NCBI GenBank assembly: GCA_965215125.1
Contig: OZ244052.1
Span: 576,001-640,000 of the forward strand
Length of the DNA stretch: 64,000 bases
From: an uncultured candidatus Porisulfidus sp.
GTDB taxonomy: Bacteria > Pseudomonadota > Gammaproteobacteria > Poriferisulfidales > Oxydemutatoraceae
Direction: 5' to 3'
Both the position numbers and the translations under genes were made by a program. Positions 11,176 through 21,009 of this stretch are shown piece after piece; position 1 is the stretch's first letter; each line of letters starts with the position of its first letter. Below the pieces are notes generated by a model. It saw only the letters and a list, made by a program, of their open reading frames with translations. It was not told where the DNA came from and ran no database searches.

Positions 11176-12669
11176 ATGATGATAAAACGACTGCTGGTAT
11201 TTTTTGCAAGCATCTTATTGACTGGATGTTATGCTATAGGGATAAATAATTTAGAACCAAATTATGCTAAGGCGATTGAGTCAAGCTCGGATGATGCTAT
11301 TGCCTACATTAATCGAGGGAATGTTAAACATAATTTAGGCGATTATGAAGATGCAATCGCTGATTATGATAGGGCGATTAAGTTAGACCCGGATGATGCT
11401 CTTGCTTACTATAATCGGGCGGTTTCTAAAGGGGAATTAGGCAATTATGAAGATGCAATCGCTGATTATGATAGGGCGATTAAGTTAGACCCGGATGATG
11501 CTCTTGCCTACTATAATCGGGCGGTTTCTAAAGGGGAATTAGGCAATTATGAAGATGCAATCGCTGATTATGATAGGGCGATTAAGTTAGACCCGGATGA
11601 TGCTCTTGCCTACTATAATCGAGGGGTTAATAAATATAATTTAGGCTATTATGAAGATGCAATCGCTGATTATGATAGGGCGATTAAGTTAGACCCGGAT
11701 GATGCTCTTGCCTACTATAATCGGGCGGTTTCTAAAGGGGAATTAGGCAATTATGAAGATGCAATCGCTGATTATGATAGGGCGATTAAGTTAGACCCGG
11801 ATGATGCTCTTGCCTACTATAATCGAGGGGTTAATAAATATAATTTAGGCAATTATGAAGATGCAATCGCTGATTATGACAGGGCGATTAAGTTAGACCC
11901 GGATGATGCTCTTGCCTACACTAATCGGGGGATTTCTAAAGAGAAATTAGGCGATTATGAAGATGCAATCGCTGATTATGACAGGGCGATTAAGTTAGAC
12001 CCGGATGATGCTCTTGCCTACACTAATCGGGGGATTTCTAAAGAGAAATTAGGCGATTATGAAGATGCAATCGCTGATTATGACAGAGCGATTGAGTTAG
12101 ACTCGGATGACGCTCTTGCTCACACTAATCGGGGGGCTGCTAAAGAGAAATTAGGCTACTATGAAGATGCAATCGCTGATTATGATAGGGTGATTGAGTT
12201 AGACCCGGATGATGCTATTGCCTACATTAATCAGGGGGTTGCTAAAGAGAAATTAGGCAATTATGAAGATGCAATCGCTGATTATGACAGGGCGATTGAG
12301 TCAGACCCGGATAATTCTTTTGCCTACAATAATCGGGCGATTTCTAAAGGGAAATTAGGCAATTATGAAGATGCAATCGCTGATTATGACAGGGCGATTG
12401 AGTTAGACCCGGATTTTGCTATTGCCTACTATAATCGAGGGACTGCTAAAGAGAAATTAGGCAATTATGAAGATGCAATCGCTGATTATGACAGGGCGAT
12501 TGAGTTAGACCCGGATAATTCTTTTGCCTACAATAATCGGGCGATTTCTAAAGGGAAATTAGGCTATTATGAAGATGCAATCGCTGATTATGACAGGGCG
12601 ATTGAGTTAGACCCGGATAACACTACTGTTCGTAACAATCGAGAAAGGTTACTTAAAGATAAGGAATAA
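11176..12669 (+). CDS. Tetratricopeptide-repeat lipoprotein (13 TPRs)
   Basis: RBS AGGAG; signal peptide with lipobox LLTGC; 13 x 34 aa repeats DDALAYxNRxxxKxxLGxYEDAIADYDRAIxLDP. Confidence 0.95.
   Translation: MMIKRLLVFFASILLTGCYAIGINNLEPNYAKAIESSSDDAIAYINRGNVKHNLGDYEDAIADYDRAIKLDPDDALAYYNRAVSKGELGNYEDAIADYDRAIKLDPDDALAYYNRAVSKGELGNYEDAIADYDRAIKLDPDDALAYYNRGVNKYNLGYYEDAIADYDRAIKLDPDDALAYYNRAVSKGELGNYEDAIADYDRAIKLDPDDALAYYNRGVNKYNLGNYEDAIADYDRAIKLDPDDALAYTNRGISKEKLGDYEDAIADYDRAIKLDPDDALAYTNRGISKEKLGDYEDAIADYDRAIELDSDDALAHTNRGAAKEKLGYYEDAIADYDRVIELDPDDAIAYINQGVAKEKLGNYEDAIADYDRAIESDPDNSFAYNNRAISKGKLGNYEDAIADYDRAIELDPDFAIAYYNRGTAKEKLGNYEDAIADYDRAIELDPDNSFAYNNRAISKGKLGYYEDAIADYDRAIELDPDNTTVRNNRERLLKDKE
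11291..12616 (+). repeat. Intragenic tandem array of 13 x 102 bp units
   Basis: The core TATGAAGATGCAATCGCTGATTATGA recurs every 102 bp. Confidence 0.95.
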
Positions 12670-12677
12670 ATTCTACT

Positions 12678-12841
12678 TGATTTTCCCCATTTTTAGGGCC
12701 ACCTGCAAAGTCAGTTTTCATGCTATTGCCTACGCAAATACACGAGGGGGTTGATAACCCGGTGCGCTGTGCGAACGGACTTCATTATAATCTGTGCACC
12801 AGGCTTCTATAATCTCTCTTGCCTCTTTTATTGAACGAAAC
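12678..12841 (-). pseudogene. 3' part and IRR of an older IS3 remnant
   Basis: Minus strand encodes EAREIIEAWCTDYNEVRSHSAPGYQPP; IRR-like TGATTTTCCCCATTTTTAGGGCC at 12678. Confidence 0.8.
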
Positions 12842-12918
12842 TGACCTTACCCCCCAAAACTGGGCCATGACAAAGATGAGATTTCCAGTTAAATTAGTAA
12901 ACAACAGGAGGTTTCAAA

Positions 12919-13182
12919 ATGAATAAACGATATACAGAAGAGCAAATTATCGGTGCGATCAAATCGCACGAGGCAGGTCGCAGCACAGAGGACATTTGCC
13001 GAGAACTCGGTATAGCGCATGGCACCTTTTACAACTGGCGTAGCAAATATGCCGGGTTAGAAGTCAATGATGCCAAGCGATTAAAGAACCTTGTATCGGA
13101 GAATAACCGACTCAAGAAACTACTCGGCGAGCAACTATTAGAAATCACCGCCCTCAAGGATGTGCTATCAAAAAAGTGGTGA
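12919..13182 (+). CDS. IS3 transposase OrfA
   Basis: Near-identical to 9781..10044. Confidence 0.93.
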   Translation: MNKRYTEEQIIGAIKSHEAGRSTEDICRELGIAHGTFYNWRSKYAGLEVNDAKRLKNLVSENNRLKKLLGEQLLEITALKDVLSKKW

Positions 13183-13994
13183 CCCCGGCAAGCAAAAGAA
13201 GCGTTGTTGCAGAGCTGAATACCCATTGGAGTTTGAGTGAGAGGCGCAGTTGCGAGCTGGTCGGGATAAGCCGTAGTAGTTATCACTATCGAACACAGCC
13301 GCGTTGTGATGCAGAGATTAGAAGTCGCTTGTGCGAGTTGGCAAGCAAGTATCCACGCTATGGCTATTTGCTACTCTACCGTTTGCTACGAGAGGCAGGC
13401 TTTGTAGTGAATAAAAAACGGGTTCACCGCATCTACAAAGAAGCGAGACTGCAAGTACCCAAAAGACTGCGCAAGAAGCTCATCCGCACGAGGCAACGGC
13501 AGGCATTGCCTGAACAGGTGAATTGTCGCTGGTCAATGGACTTTGTGCATGATCGGTTAAGCGACGGCAGGTCGTTTAGGATATTCAATGTGATGGACGA
13601 TTACAGTCGCGAACTGATCGGTCAATTCGCTGGTTTTTCGATTAGCAGTGGGCAAGTGGTGAGATGTTTAGAGCAACTCATCGCCGAGCGAGGTTGTCCG
13701 CAAAGCATCGTCTGCGACAACGGGCCGGAGTTCACTAGTAAAAAGATGCAGGTCTGGTCGCAAGATAGCGGCGTGGAACTATACTTTATTCAACCGGGTA
13801 AACCGACCCAGAATGCTTTGGTGGAAAGCCTGAACGGTAAGTTTAGAGACAATTGCCTTAACCAGCACTGGTTCCGCAGCCTTCAGGAAGTGCGTCATAT
13901 TATTGAACAGTGGCGATACCACTATAACCATGAACGCCCGCATAGCTCATTAGATTATATGACCCCGGTAGCATTCGCCACACGTGTTGCGTAG
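13176..13994 (+). CDS. IS3 transposase OrfB
   Basis: Near-identical to 10038..10856. Confidence 0.95.
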   Translation: MVTPASKRSVVAELNTHWSLSERRSCELVGISRSSYHYRTQPRCDAEIRSRLCELASKYPRYGYLLLYRLLREAGFVVNKKRVHRIYKEARLQVPKRLRKKLIRTRQRQALPEQVNCRWSMDFVHDRLSDGRSFRIFNVMDDYSRELIGQFAGFSISSGQVVRCLEQLIAERGCPQSIVCDNGPEFTSKKMQVWSQDSGVELYFIQPGKPTQNALVESLNGKFRDNCLNQHWFRSLQEVRHIIEQWRYHYNHERPHSSLDYMTPVAFATRVA

Positions 13995-14015
13995 CGTAAG
14001 GCTTGTTTAGTAGTT

Positions 14016-14228
14016 ATGAAACGAGCTAAAAATCAGCAGCTAGTAGAGGTCATCTCGACTAGAGATCGTCGCTTAAAGGCGCATTATGAGGCTGGTTTTT
14101 TAGTTGCAAGACTTCAATTTAGGCAACAACATAGGATTTTGTCTAAATTGCCACTGAACGAGAATAACCAACCCATATTGGAATGCGAGCTTGGAAATCT
14201 AGCTTTATTTAAGATTTTATTAGCATAA
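14016..14228 (+). CDS. Small hypothetical ORF inside the IS3 right end
   Basis: Identical to 10878..11090. Confidence 0.3.
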   Translation: MKRAKNQQLVEVISTRDRRLKAHYEAGFLVARLQFRQQHRILSKLPLNENNQPILECELGNLALFKILLA

Positions 14229-14293
14229 GGCACAGAGGTGACTTATAATACAGATCTCATTTAAGTTTTGGCCCTGAAAATGGGGGAAGGTCA

Positions 14294-14625
14294 AAACCAG
14301 AACTGGTGCAGACAACCGTCTCGGAACTTGCCGTTGAAACTTTCTACAAAGGCATTCCGGGTCGGTTTGCCGGGTTGAATAAAGTCCAATTCCACCTGCT
14401 GGTCTCGGCTCCAGTGGAATATTGCCTTGCATCTAAACTCGATGCCATTGTCGCAGACGACACAGCTTCTTGAGCTTGCCGTTCTCAACTTCAAGCTCTC
14501 GCAGGCGTTTGGCTTCCGATACTTCCATGCCATTATACTTGCTGCGCCAGCGATAAAATGTCTTCTCGGCGATGCCTAGATCACGACAGATATCTACTAC
14601 TTTCATACCGGCTTCGTTTGACCAC
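14294..14625 (-). pseudogene. 5' part of the older IS3 remnant (orfA joined to mid-orfB by an internal deletion)
   Basis: EAGMKVVDICRDLGIAEKTFYRWRSKY...ENGKLKKL directly followed by VCDNGIEF...PGKPTRNAFVESFNGKFRD. Confidence 0.85.
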
Positions 14626-14639
14626 ATTAAGTTGATGTA

Positions 14640-14733
14640 CAGTGTCATGCCGATTGACCTATCGGGCACACATGCGAGTCTGCCCCTACAAGCTCAATCG
14701 GCGGCTCTATTTTGCCCCTACAAGGAGGGGAAT
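14640..14733. repeat. Composite hairpin repeat: module A with a GTAG-REP in its loop, followed by half of module C
   Basis: GCCGATTGA (14649) ... TCAATCGGC (14694) enclosing GGGCACACATGCGAGTCTGCCCCTAC (14664-14689), then CCCCTACAAGGAGGGGAAT. Confidence 0.8.
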
Positions 14734-14786
14734 AGGCGGTATTCTGTGCTACTATAGATTACATTTTCACGAAAACTAAACCGACA

Positions 14787-16151
14787 ATGTTATCTAAAAT
14801 TACTGCGATTAGTCCTATAGACGGACGATACCAGAATAAGAGCGAGGAACTTAGCGATTTTTTCAGCGAATATGCGCTGATGCGTTACCGCCTAATTGCA
14901 GAGATAGAGTGGTTTAAGTTTCTAGCTGCTCATAAGGGAATAAATGAAATCCCCGAACTTTCCGAACAAGCGGAGACATTTTTGACCAAACTAGTGGACG
15001 ACTTCGGAGAACAACAGGCGATTCAAGTCAAAACCATAGAAAAAACAACCCAGCACGATGTCAAGGCATTGGAATACTATATCGTCTCTCAAGTGCAAAC
15101 AATACCGGAACTCTCTAGGCTATCCAACTTTTTTCATTTTGCATGCACATCCGAAGATATCAACAGCACCGCTTACGGCATGATGTTCATAAATGCTCGC
15201 GGACAATGCCTGCTGCCTTGCATCCATCGCATCCGAGACAGCTTGAAAAATATGGCAACGCGTTATGCCGATGTCGCACTCTTAGCCAAAACCCACGGAC
15301 AACCGGCATCGCCGACCACGCTGGGCAAAGAAATGGCAAACTTTTGTTACCGCCTGCACGAGCAAACCAAAAAATTCGCTGCGATTAAAATAAGTGCTAA
15401 AACCAGCGGTGCGAGCGGCAATTACAACGCACACCATATCGCTTATCCCAAAGTTGATTGGCATCGCCTAAGCGAAGAGTATCTGGCATCGTTGGGATTG
15501 GCTCGCCACCCTTACAGCACACAAATAGAACCACACGATCAACTTGCCGAATTGATGGATGCGACTGCGCGTATCGCGCATATATTGTTGGACTTATGCA
15601 GAGATATTTGGCTTTATATCTCACTAGGAATATTCAGGCAGAAGACTGTAGACCAAGAGGTGGGGTCTTCAACCATGCCTCATAAGGTCAATCCTATACA
15701 TTTTGAGAATGCCGAAGGCAATTTGGGTCTTGCAGTTGCATTGGCAAGACACTTGTCGGATAAATTACCGGTGTCTCGTTGGCAACGAGATTTATCGGAT
15801 TCAACGGTGTTGCGGTCGTCGGGTACCGTCTTTGCTTATATGTTAATAGCCTTTGATTCGATAACTACGGGACTGGATAGGCTCAAAATTAATCACGAGC
15901 GGATAGCGGAAGAATTATCGGCACACCCCGAAGTACTGGGAGAAGCGATACAAACACTGCTAAGAAAATACGGTATGCAAGATGCCTACGAACAGCTCAA
16001 ACAGTTGCAACGGGGACAAGATGTATCGTTGCAGATGCTTAGACAATTTATAGAAAATACCGATTTGCCGGATAGCGATAAAAAATTATTGCTTTCTCTT
16101 GAACCAAAAAACTATACGGGCATCGCCGAACGTTTAGCTAGAAATGTATAA
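14787..16151 (+). CDS. purB: Adenylosuccinate lyase
   Basis: TAISPIDGRY, KTHGQPASPTTLGKE, signature GSSTMPHKVNPIHFEN. Confidence 0.97.
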   Translation: MLSKITAISPIDGRYQNKSEELSDFFSEYALMRYRLIAEIEWFKFLAAHKGINEIPELSEQAETFLTKLVDDFGEQQAIQVKTIEKTTQHDVKALEYYIVSQVQTIPELSRLSNFFHFACTSEDINSTAYGMMFINARGQCLLPCIHRIRDSLKNMATRYADVALLAKTHGQPASPTTLGKEMANFCYRLHEQTKKFAAIKISAKTSGASGNYNAHHIAYPKVDWHRLSEEYLASLGLARHPYSTQIEPHDQLAELMDATARIAHILLDLCRDIWLYISLGIFRQKTVDQEVGSSTMPHKVNPIHFENAEGNLGLAVALARHLSDKLPVSRWQRDLSDSTVLRSSGTVFAYMLIAFDSITTGLDRLKINHERIAEELSAHPEVLGEAIQTLLRKYGMQDAYEQLKQLQRGQDVSLQMLRQFIENTDLPDSDKKLLLSLEPKNYTGIAERLARNV

Positions 16152-16200
16152 GGCTGCGGGTGGTTTGCGTAATTATGTGGTGCCAGCGGTTGCAGTTGTG

Positions 16201-16246
16201 ACCACCCCGTCAAGCTACGCTTGCCACCCCTCCGAAGGAGGGGAAT
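16201..16246 (+). repeat. REP-like double-hairpin repeat (modules B+C)
   Basis: ACCACCCCGTCAAGCTACGCTTGCCACCCCTCCGAAGGAGGGGAAT between convergent genes. Confidence 0.85.
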
Positions 16247-16265
16247 AGTCGGCACTTACAGGTGG

Positions 16266-17324
16266 TTATTCTTTTTCGGCGGTCAGGTCGTCAAGCTCCA
16301 TATCCAGAGAGTCGTACGTGGGGCTTAGTAGCTTGTAGTACCAATTTGCGTAGAGTTGCGATAGGTACTCGTTATCGCTTTGTATCGCTGCTCTTGTTTC
16401 TACGAGGGTGTCGTATTGCGATGCAATATCTTCATTGAACGCAACCGACACGGTCGCATAAGATTCTTCGTCCAATTGATAACTTTGCATACCGAGTTCC
16501 AAGCCGTCAAAGGTAGTGAATGTTGCGTTTATATGCTTGTCGGGTAACAAAAAGCTATCGTCTTTAGGAAATACTTCCTTGAATTGCAGATAATCAACCG
16601 CAGCGGCAATTTGTTGTATCAGGTAGTCGCTTTTCATTTTACGATCTTCGGGTAAATTTTCCAGCTTGAAGTCGCCGCCCTTTATAAGTCTCACTAAGGC
16701 CATAGTGCTTACGGTCTCGCCGTCATGTCGTTCTATGACGATGCGATGTAAATCCTCGGGTGGGATATGAATAATATATTTATCCAACCATTTATCAATC
16801 TCTATATCCAAGTCCAAACGGCGATTGATCATCCAATTACGATTTTCATCGGGCAATCGTATATATTGTCCTTGATCTAAATGTGGTGCGGCATTGCCCA
16901 CGATAAGCTGCCAGCTACGATCTGCGTCGCTAATTTCTACTAAAATGCCTGCCCCTTCCTCCGCATCGGAATCGGCAATACCGAGCTTAGGAAAATCCTC
17001 CGGACGCGAGCTCATCTCTTCTATTTTTTCCGCTTCGGATAAAGAACGCAGCAAACTGCGTATCATCGTTACATCGGCGGGAAAATCGCCTTTTTCGACG
17101 ACCTGCCAGATATCCTCGTCGCTTTTTTGTATGCTCAGGGTTTGCTCGCCCTGCTTGAGGCGCAATTCGTTCAATCGGTTAATCACATTGACTGTATCGG
17201 TTGCGATATCGGGAAAAAGTTTTTGAGGCTCTTGTGTTTTGTCTTGTTCGCGAACCAGCATAACAACGGCGGCAGCGCAAACTGCGATCGCAAGTACGAT
17301 AAAGACCAGTGTTTTAGATCTCAT
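16266..17324 (-). CDS. DUF4340-type membrane-anchored protein
   Basis: N-terminal TM helix; last gene after GldG in the usual ABC-permease-GldG-DUF4340 order. Confidence 0.75.
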   Translation of the reverse strand: MRSKTLVFIVLAIAVCAAAVVMLVREQDKTQEPQKLFPDIATDTVNVINRLNELRLKQGEQTLSIQKSDEDIWQVVEKGDFPADVTMIRSLLRSLSEAEKIEEMSSRPEDFPKLGIADSDAEEGAGILVEISDADRSWQLIVGNAAPHLDQGQYIRLPDENRNWMINRRLDLDIEIDKWLDKYIIHIPPEDLHRIVIERHDGETVSTMALVRLIKGGDFKLENLPEDRKMKSDYLIQQIAAAVDYLQFKEVFPKDDSFLLPDKHINATFTTFDGLELGMQSYQLDEESYATVSVAFNEDIASQYDTLVETRAAIQSDNEYLSQLYANWYYKLLSPTYDSLDMELDDLTAEKE

Positions 17325-19279
17325 CGTCTTTGCCGACGTCGTTTAACAAATGCAAAAATTAGTGCTAAAACGGTGATTACCGCCGGCACTGCGCCGATGT
17401 TGATAATTTTAAGATCGCGCCCCAGTTGGTCTATGTCTTTAGCTAGATTATATTTAACATCGCGAAGTTGTTTGCGGGTTTGTAGCCTTTGATTTTGGAA
17501 TTTTTGGTATTCCTTCATCTGTTCGGCACTCAATAGGTTTGTACCTTTTTTGCGATCGGTGCGCTGCTCCTGTAATTCTTGCAATTTGGCTTCGGTTTCT
17601 CTGAGTTTGCTTTCCAATTCTTGTTCTACTTCTCTGTATTTGACCACAGCCCCTCGCTCTATCTCCGCCACCTTAGTAAAAGGGCGGCTAAAACTTGCAC
17701 GGCTGCGTATTCCTATTAAATCCTTGCCTCCGGTCATATTATCTATCGCGTTGATTACGAAGTCGCGGTTGTTGGCTATCGGTTGATACAGGCGTTGACC
17801 GAAAAAGTTCTGTACGACAACCCATAAACGATCGCTCAACACATCGACATCGGCAACGACAAGCAGATTTACCGGACCGTCCGATTTCGCTATATGCGGT
17901 GGTAAATCGGATTTGCTTTCGGCTGTTTTCTCTTCTTCTTCAACTTCCTCACCACTTACATCATCCTCTTCGTTTGCGCTCTCTTCGCCTTCTTCCTCTT
18001 CCTCCTCTTCTTCTTTAGGCGGGCCGTCAAATGCACTGCTAACTTCGCCTTTAAGGCGGGCAGCAATCGGATATTCTTTTTCGGAAGCACTAAACCCTTT
18101 TTCCAATTCGGACGGGTCGCTCATAAAACGCAGTATGTTCAGGGGCAACAGCGAAGATTCCTTGCTGGTGTAGATCAGCGGTGTCATTTCTATTTTGTCA
18201 TCATCCAGCACCTGCACATGCGATGCCATCGCAAAATTGACCTGCTCCAGTGCCGAAGTGACTACATCGTCTCGGTCTATACTATCTTTATTCAGACCTA
18301 AATAAAGAATGTTACGTTGCGGCCGCTGTCCCGGCACACTTATCTGCAAACCATGATTGAAGTCCGTCACTACAGTACGCTCGGCTACTTCAAAGCCCCA
18401 TTTCTTAAATAAGGTATTCAACGACGAACTCCTTATCGTTAAATCTTGCATGGGCATATCGTTCGGCAAAGGAATATCGTCTACTTCCGCAAAAGGATCT
18501 ACAAAAAAGATTGCATTGCCGCCGCGCATGACGTATTGATCGATTGCATAGAGCGTTTTATCCTTCAGGTTTTTAGGATGCACCACCATCAGCACGTCGA
18601 TCTCTTCTTCTATACGCTCGCTGTCGGTAAAGACCAATTTAACCTCAAAGAGCTGCTCTATTTGTTCTATAACCACCCACGGATTTTGTTGACTCCTGGC
18701 ACCCAAACCTTCTACCGGATACATAGGCAATGTAGACATCAAGCCTATTATCGGTTTCTCCGGATTCATCAGCGTGTAGAGCAGTTTGTCTATATCGTAT
18801 TCCAAAAAGACCTCGCGACGAGGATCTAGAAAGGGAATTTTTTCTACATCCCCGACTGCGTTACTGCCGGCAAGACCGAAGTACAACACATCGCCACTAT
18901 CTTCTAGAGGAATTCTTTGTATGCCGAAACCGGCGGCGCGGTCCTCATCCTCCGAAAAAGGTTCCGGATCTATAAAATTGAGCCTTAACTTATTGCCGGC
19001 ATAGAGCGCGTACTCTTCCAAAATCTCACGCACGCGTTGATAGTATTTACGATAATACGGGTTGTTACTGCTCGATTCCTGGGTGAAAAACAGATAGAGG
19101 TTGAGTGGCTGATCTATCGCAGATACGATATTGCGGGTACTCTCGGACAGTGTATATATTTTATTTTCGGTAAGATCTAAACGCGTGTGCTTGAACAACA
19201 TATTCGATAGAGTGATCAATACCAAAAATAATATCGCCAACAATATACAAATACTTTTAGAAGAAGATAAAAATTGCAT
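17321..19279 (-). CDS. GldG-family ABC transporter auxiliary component
   Basis: RLDLTENKIYTLSEST, FIDPEPFSEDEDRA, YAIDQYVMRGG, C-terminal coiled coil and TM; poly-Glu insert. Confidence 0.88.
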   Translation of the reverse strand: MQFLSSSKSICILLAILFLVLITLSNMLFKHTRLDLTENKIYTLSESTRNIVSAIDQPLNLYLFFTQESSSNNPYYRKYYQRVREILEEYALYAGNKLRLNFIDPEPFSEDEDRAAGFGIQRIPLEDSGDVLYFGLAGSNAVGDVEKIPFLDPRREVFLEYDIDKLLYTLMNPEKPIIGLMSTLPMYPVEGLGARSQQNPWVVIEQIEQLFEVKLVFTDSERIEEEIDVLMVVHPKNLKDKTLYAIDQYVMRGGNAIFFVDPFAEVDDIPLPNDMPMQDLTIRSSSLNTLFKKWGFEVAERTVVTDFNHGLQISVPGQRPQRNILYLGLNKDSIDRDDVVTSALEQVNFAMASHVQVLDDDKIEMTPLIYTSKESSLLPLNILRFMSDPSELEKGFSASEKEYPIAARLKGEVSSAFDGPPKEEEEEEEEGEESANEEDDVSGEEVEEEEKTAESKSDLPPHIAKSDGPVNLLVVADVDVLSDRLWVVVQNFFGQRLYQPIANNRDFVINAIDNMTGGKDLIGIRSRASFSRPFTKVAEIERGAVVKYREVEQELESKLRETEAKLQELQEQRTDRKKGTNLLSAEQMKEYQKFQNQRLQTRKQLRDVKYNLAKDIDQLGRDLKIINIGAVPAVITVLALIFAFVKRRRQRR

Positions 19280-19285
19280 TGCTTG

Positions 19286-20020
19286 TCACCCTTGCTTTCT
19301 ATTTTCCAAGATAACGACATTGGCAGCCAGCCAAAAACCTATCATCAACATAAAATAAATCAGGTCTCTAAGATCTATCACGCCTTTGTTGATGGAACTA
19401 AAATGAGATAAAAAGCTCAACGAAGTGATCGTGTCCAGTAAGGCCTGCGGCAACCATAGCTTAAAGAAATCAATCACGAAAGGGAAATTCGTAGTAATAA
19501 ATAAAAAACAAATAACGATGCTAATGATAAACGCAATCACTTGATTGCTGGTGGTTGCGGAAATACACGAACCAATCGCTAAAAACGCACCTGCCATTAA
19601 AAAGCTGCCCAAATACGACGAGAAGATAACGCCGTTGTCCGGGGCACCCAAGTAATTGACCGTTAACCAAACCGGAAATGTCAACAACAACGCCAGTCCG
19701 GCGAATAACCACGCAGCGAGATATTTGCCCAACACCGCCTGCGTGATGCTGATCGGCAAAGTCATCAGCAACTCTATGCTACCGTTCTTTTTCTCTTCCG
19801 CCCACAAGCGCATCGATATGGCAGGGATTAAAAACAGATAAAGCCACGGGTGATATTGAAAGAAAGGCACCAAATCGGCTTGCCGACGCTCGTATAGGTT
19901 GCCCAAATAAAAAGTAAAGGTCGCAGCGAGCATCAAAAATATTATGATGAACACATAAGCGAGCGGGGTCGTGAAATAGTGCGACAATTCCCTTTTCATA
20001 ATGGCATAAATCGTCTTCAT
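19286..20020 (-). CDS. ABC-2 type permease (GldF-like)
   Basis: FLIPAISMRLWAEEKKNGSIELLMTLP; multiple TM segments. Confidence 0.9.
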   Translation of the reverse strand: MKTIYAIMKRELSHYFTTPLAYVFIIIFLMLAATFTFYLGNLYERRQADLVPFFQYHPWLYLFLIPAISMRLWAEEKKNGSIELLMTLPISITQAVLGKYLAAWLFAGLALLLTFPVWLTVNYLGAPDNGVIFSSYLGSFLMAGAFLAIGSCISATTSNQVIAFIISIVICFLFITTNFPFVIDFFKLWLPQALLDTITSLSFLSHFSSINKGVIDLRDLIYFMLMIGFWLAANVVILENRKQG

Positions 20021-20946
20021 GCCAAGCTACCTTCGGTTATTTTTCTAAATACATCGTCCAAGCGACCGTGTTCAAATCTTAAATCGTCAACATCGGGGGT
20101 TCTGCTCGACATCCAGCTTTCAATCTGATTATAGACATTCATTTTTTCTTGGCCCTTTACAAACACCAGCCAGCGTTTACTGAGCGTATCGTATTCCAAA
20201 GATTTGACACCGGACATAGTTTTTAGATCCGTCAAAAGCTCCTCATCTTTAGCATACAGGCTAAGCGTGTTCTGATAACGAGATTGGGTCAATAATTTAT
20301 CGGGTGTCGTGTTGATCAGCATTTTCCCCCCGGCAATAATCAATGCTCTGTTACAAACCGCTGTAACCTCCTCTAATATATGGGTGGAAATGACAACTAT
20401 TTTGCTCGCGCTTAAGGAATTGATCAAAGTTCTTACATGGTGTTTCTGATTCGGGTCCAAACCGTCGGTGGGTTCGTCCATAATCAAAACTTTAGGGTCG
20501 TGTATCAGAGCTTGAGCCAAACCGACACGCCGCTTAAAACCTTTGGATAAGGTATCTATAGGCTGCATTAATACGTCTTCGAGAGCCAGCTCTTCTATCA
20601 CATAATCCAAGCCGTTGCGCGTTTGCTCCTTACTCAACCGGCGGACTTCGGCAACGAAGTCGAGAAAGTCTCTGACCGCCATATCACCGTAGGTCGGCGC
20701 ACCTTCCGGCAAATAGCCTATCAGTTTTTTCGCTTCTATGGGATCTACGTCTATATCGTGATCGTACACGCCGATACTGCCCGAGGTCGGTTTCAGATAG
20801 CCACAAATCATCTTCATCGTCGTAGATTTTCCCGCACCGTTAGGGCCCAAAAAACCTAAGATATCGCCTGCAGCGACATTAAAACTAATGCGGTCTACCG
20901 CGACAAAACTATCAAAGCGTTTATGTAAATCTTTTACTCTTAACAT
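20017..20946 (-). CDS. ABC transporter ATP-binding protein (GldA-like)
   Basis: GPNGAGKST, LSKGFKRRVG, IMDEPTDGLDPNQ. Confidence 0.93.
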   Translation of the reverse strand: MLRVKDLHKRFDSFVAVDRISFNVAAGDILGFLGPNGAGKSTTMKMICGYLKPTSGSIGVYDHDIDVDPIEAKKLIGYLPEGAPTYGDMAVRDFLDFVAEVRRLSKEQTRNGLDYVIEELALEDVLMQPIDTLSKGFKRRVGLAQALIHDPKVLIMDEPTDGLDPNQKHHVRTLINSLSASKIVVISTHILEEVTAVCNRALIIAGGKMLINTTPDKLLTQSRYQNTLSLYAKDEELLTDLKTMSGVKSLEYDTLSKRWLVFVKGQEKMNVYNQIESWMSSRTPDVDDLRFEHGRLDDVFRKITEGSLA

Positions 20947-21009
20947 TTTTATTGCTTATCAATCTAAGTATATTTGAAAAACCTTATTTATGGTCACACC
21001 TATATATTT

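Larger units (their letters stand above)
12842..14293 (+). mobile_element. IS3-family element (IS407 group), copy 2
   Basis: Near-identical to 9704-11155; 4 bp target duplication AAAC (12838-12841, 14294-14297). Confidence 0.95.

Noticed and set aside
11291-12616. CRISPR-like periodic repeats
   Set aside because: The period is 102 bp, in frame and coding for TPRs; the intervening parts are homologous rather than unique spacers; no cas genes.
9700-14297. Target duplication flanking the whole IS3-TPR-IS3 unit
   Set aside because: Left flank CATC does not match right flank AAAC; AAAC belongs to copy 2 alone, so en-bloc transposition to this site is not demonstrated.
16266-20946. Gliding-motility system
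   Set aside because: GldAFG-like ABC modules are widespread in non-gliding proteobacteria, and no other gld/T9SS genes are present.
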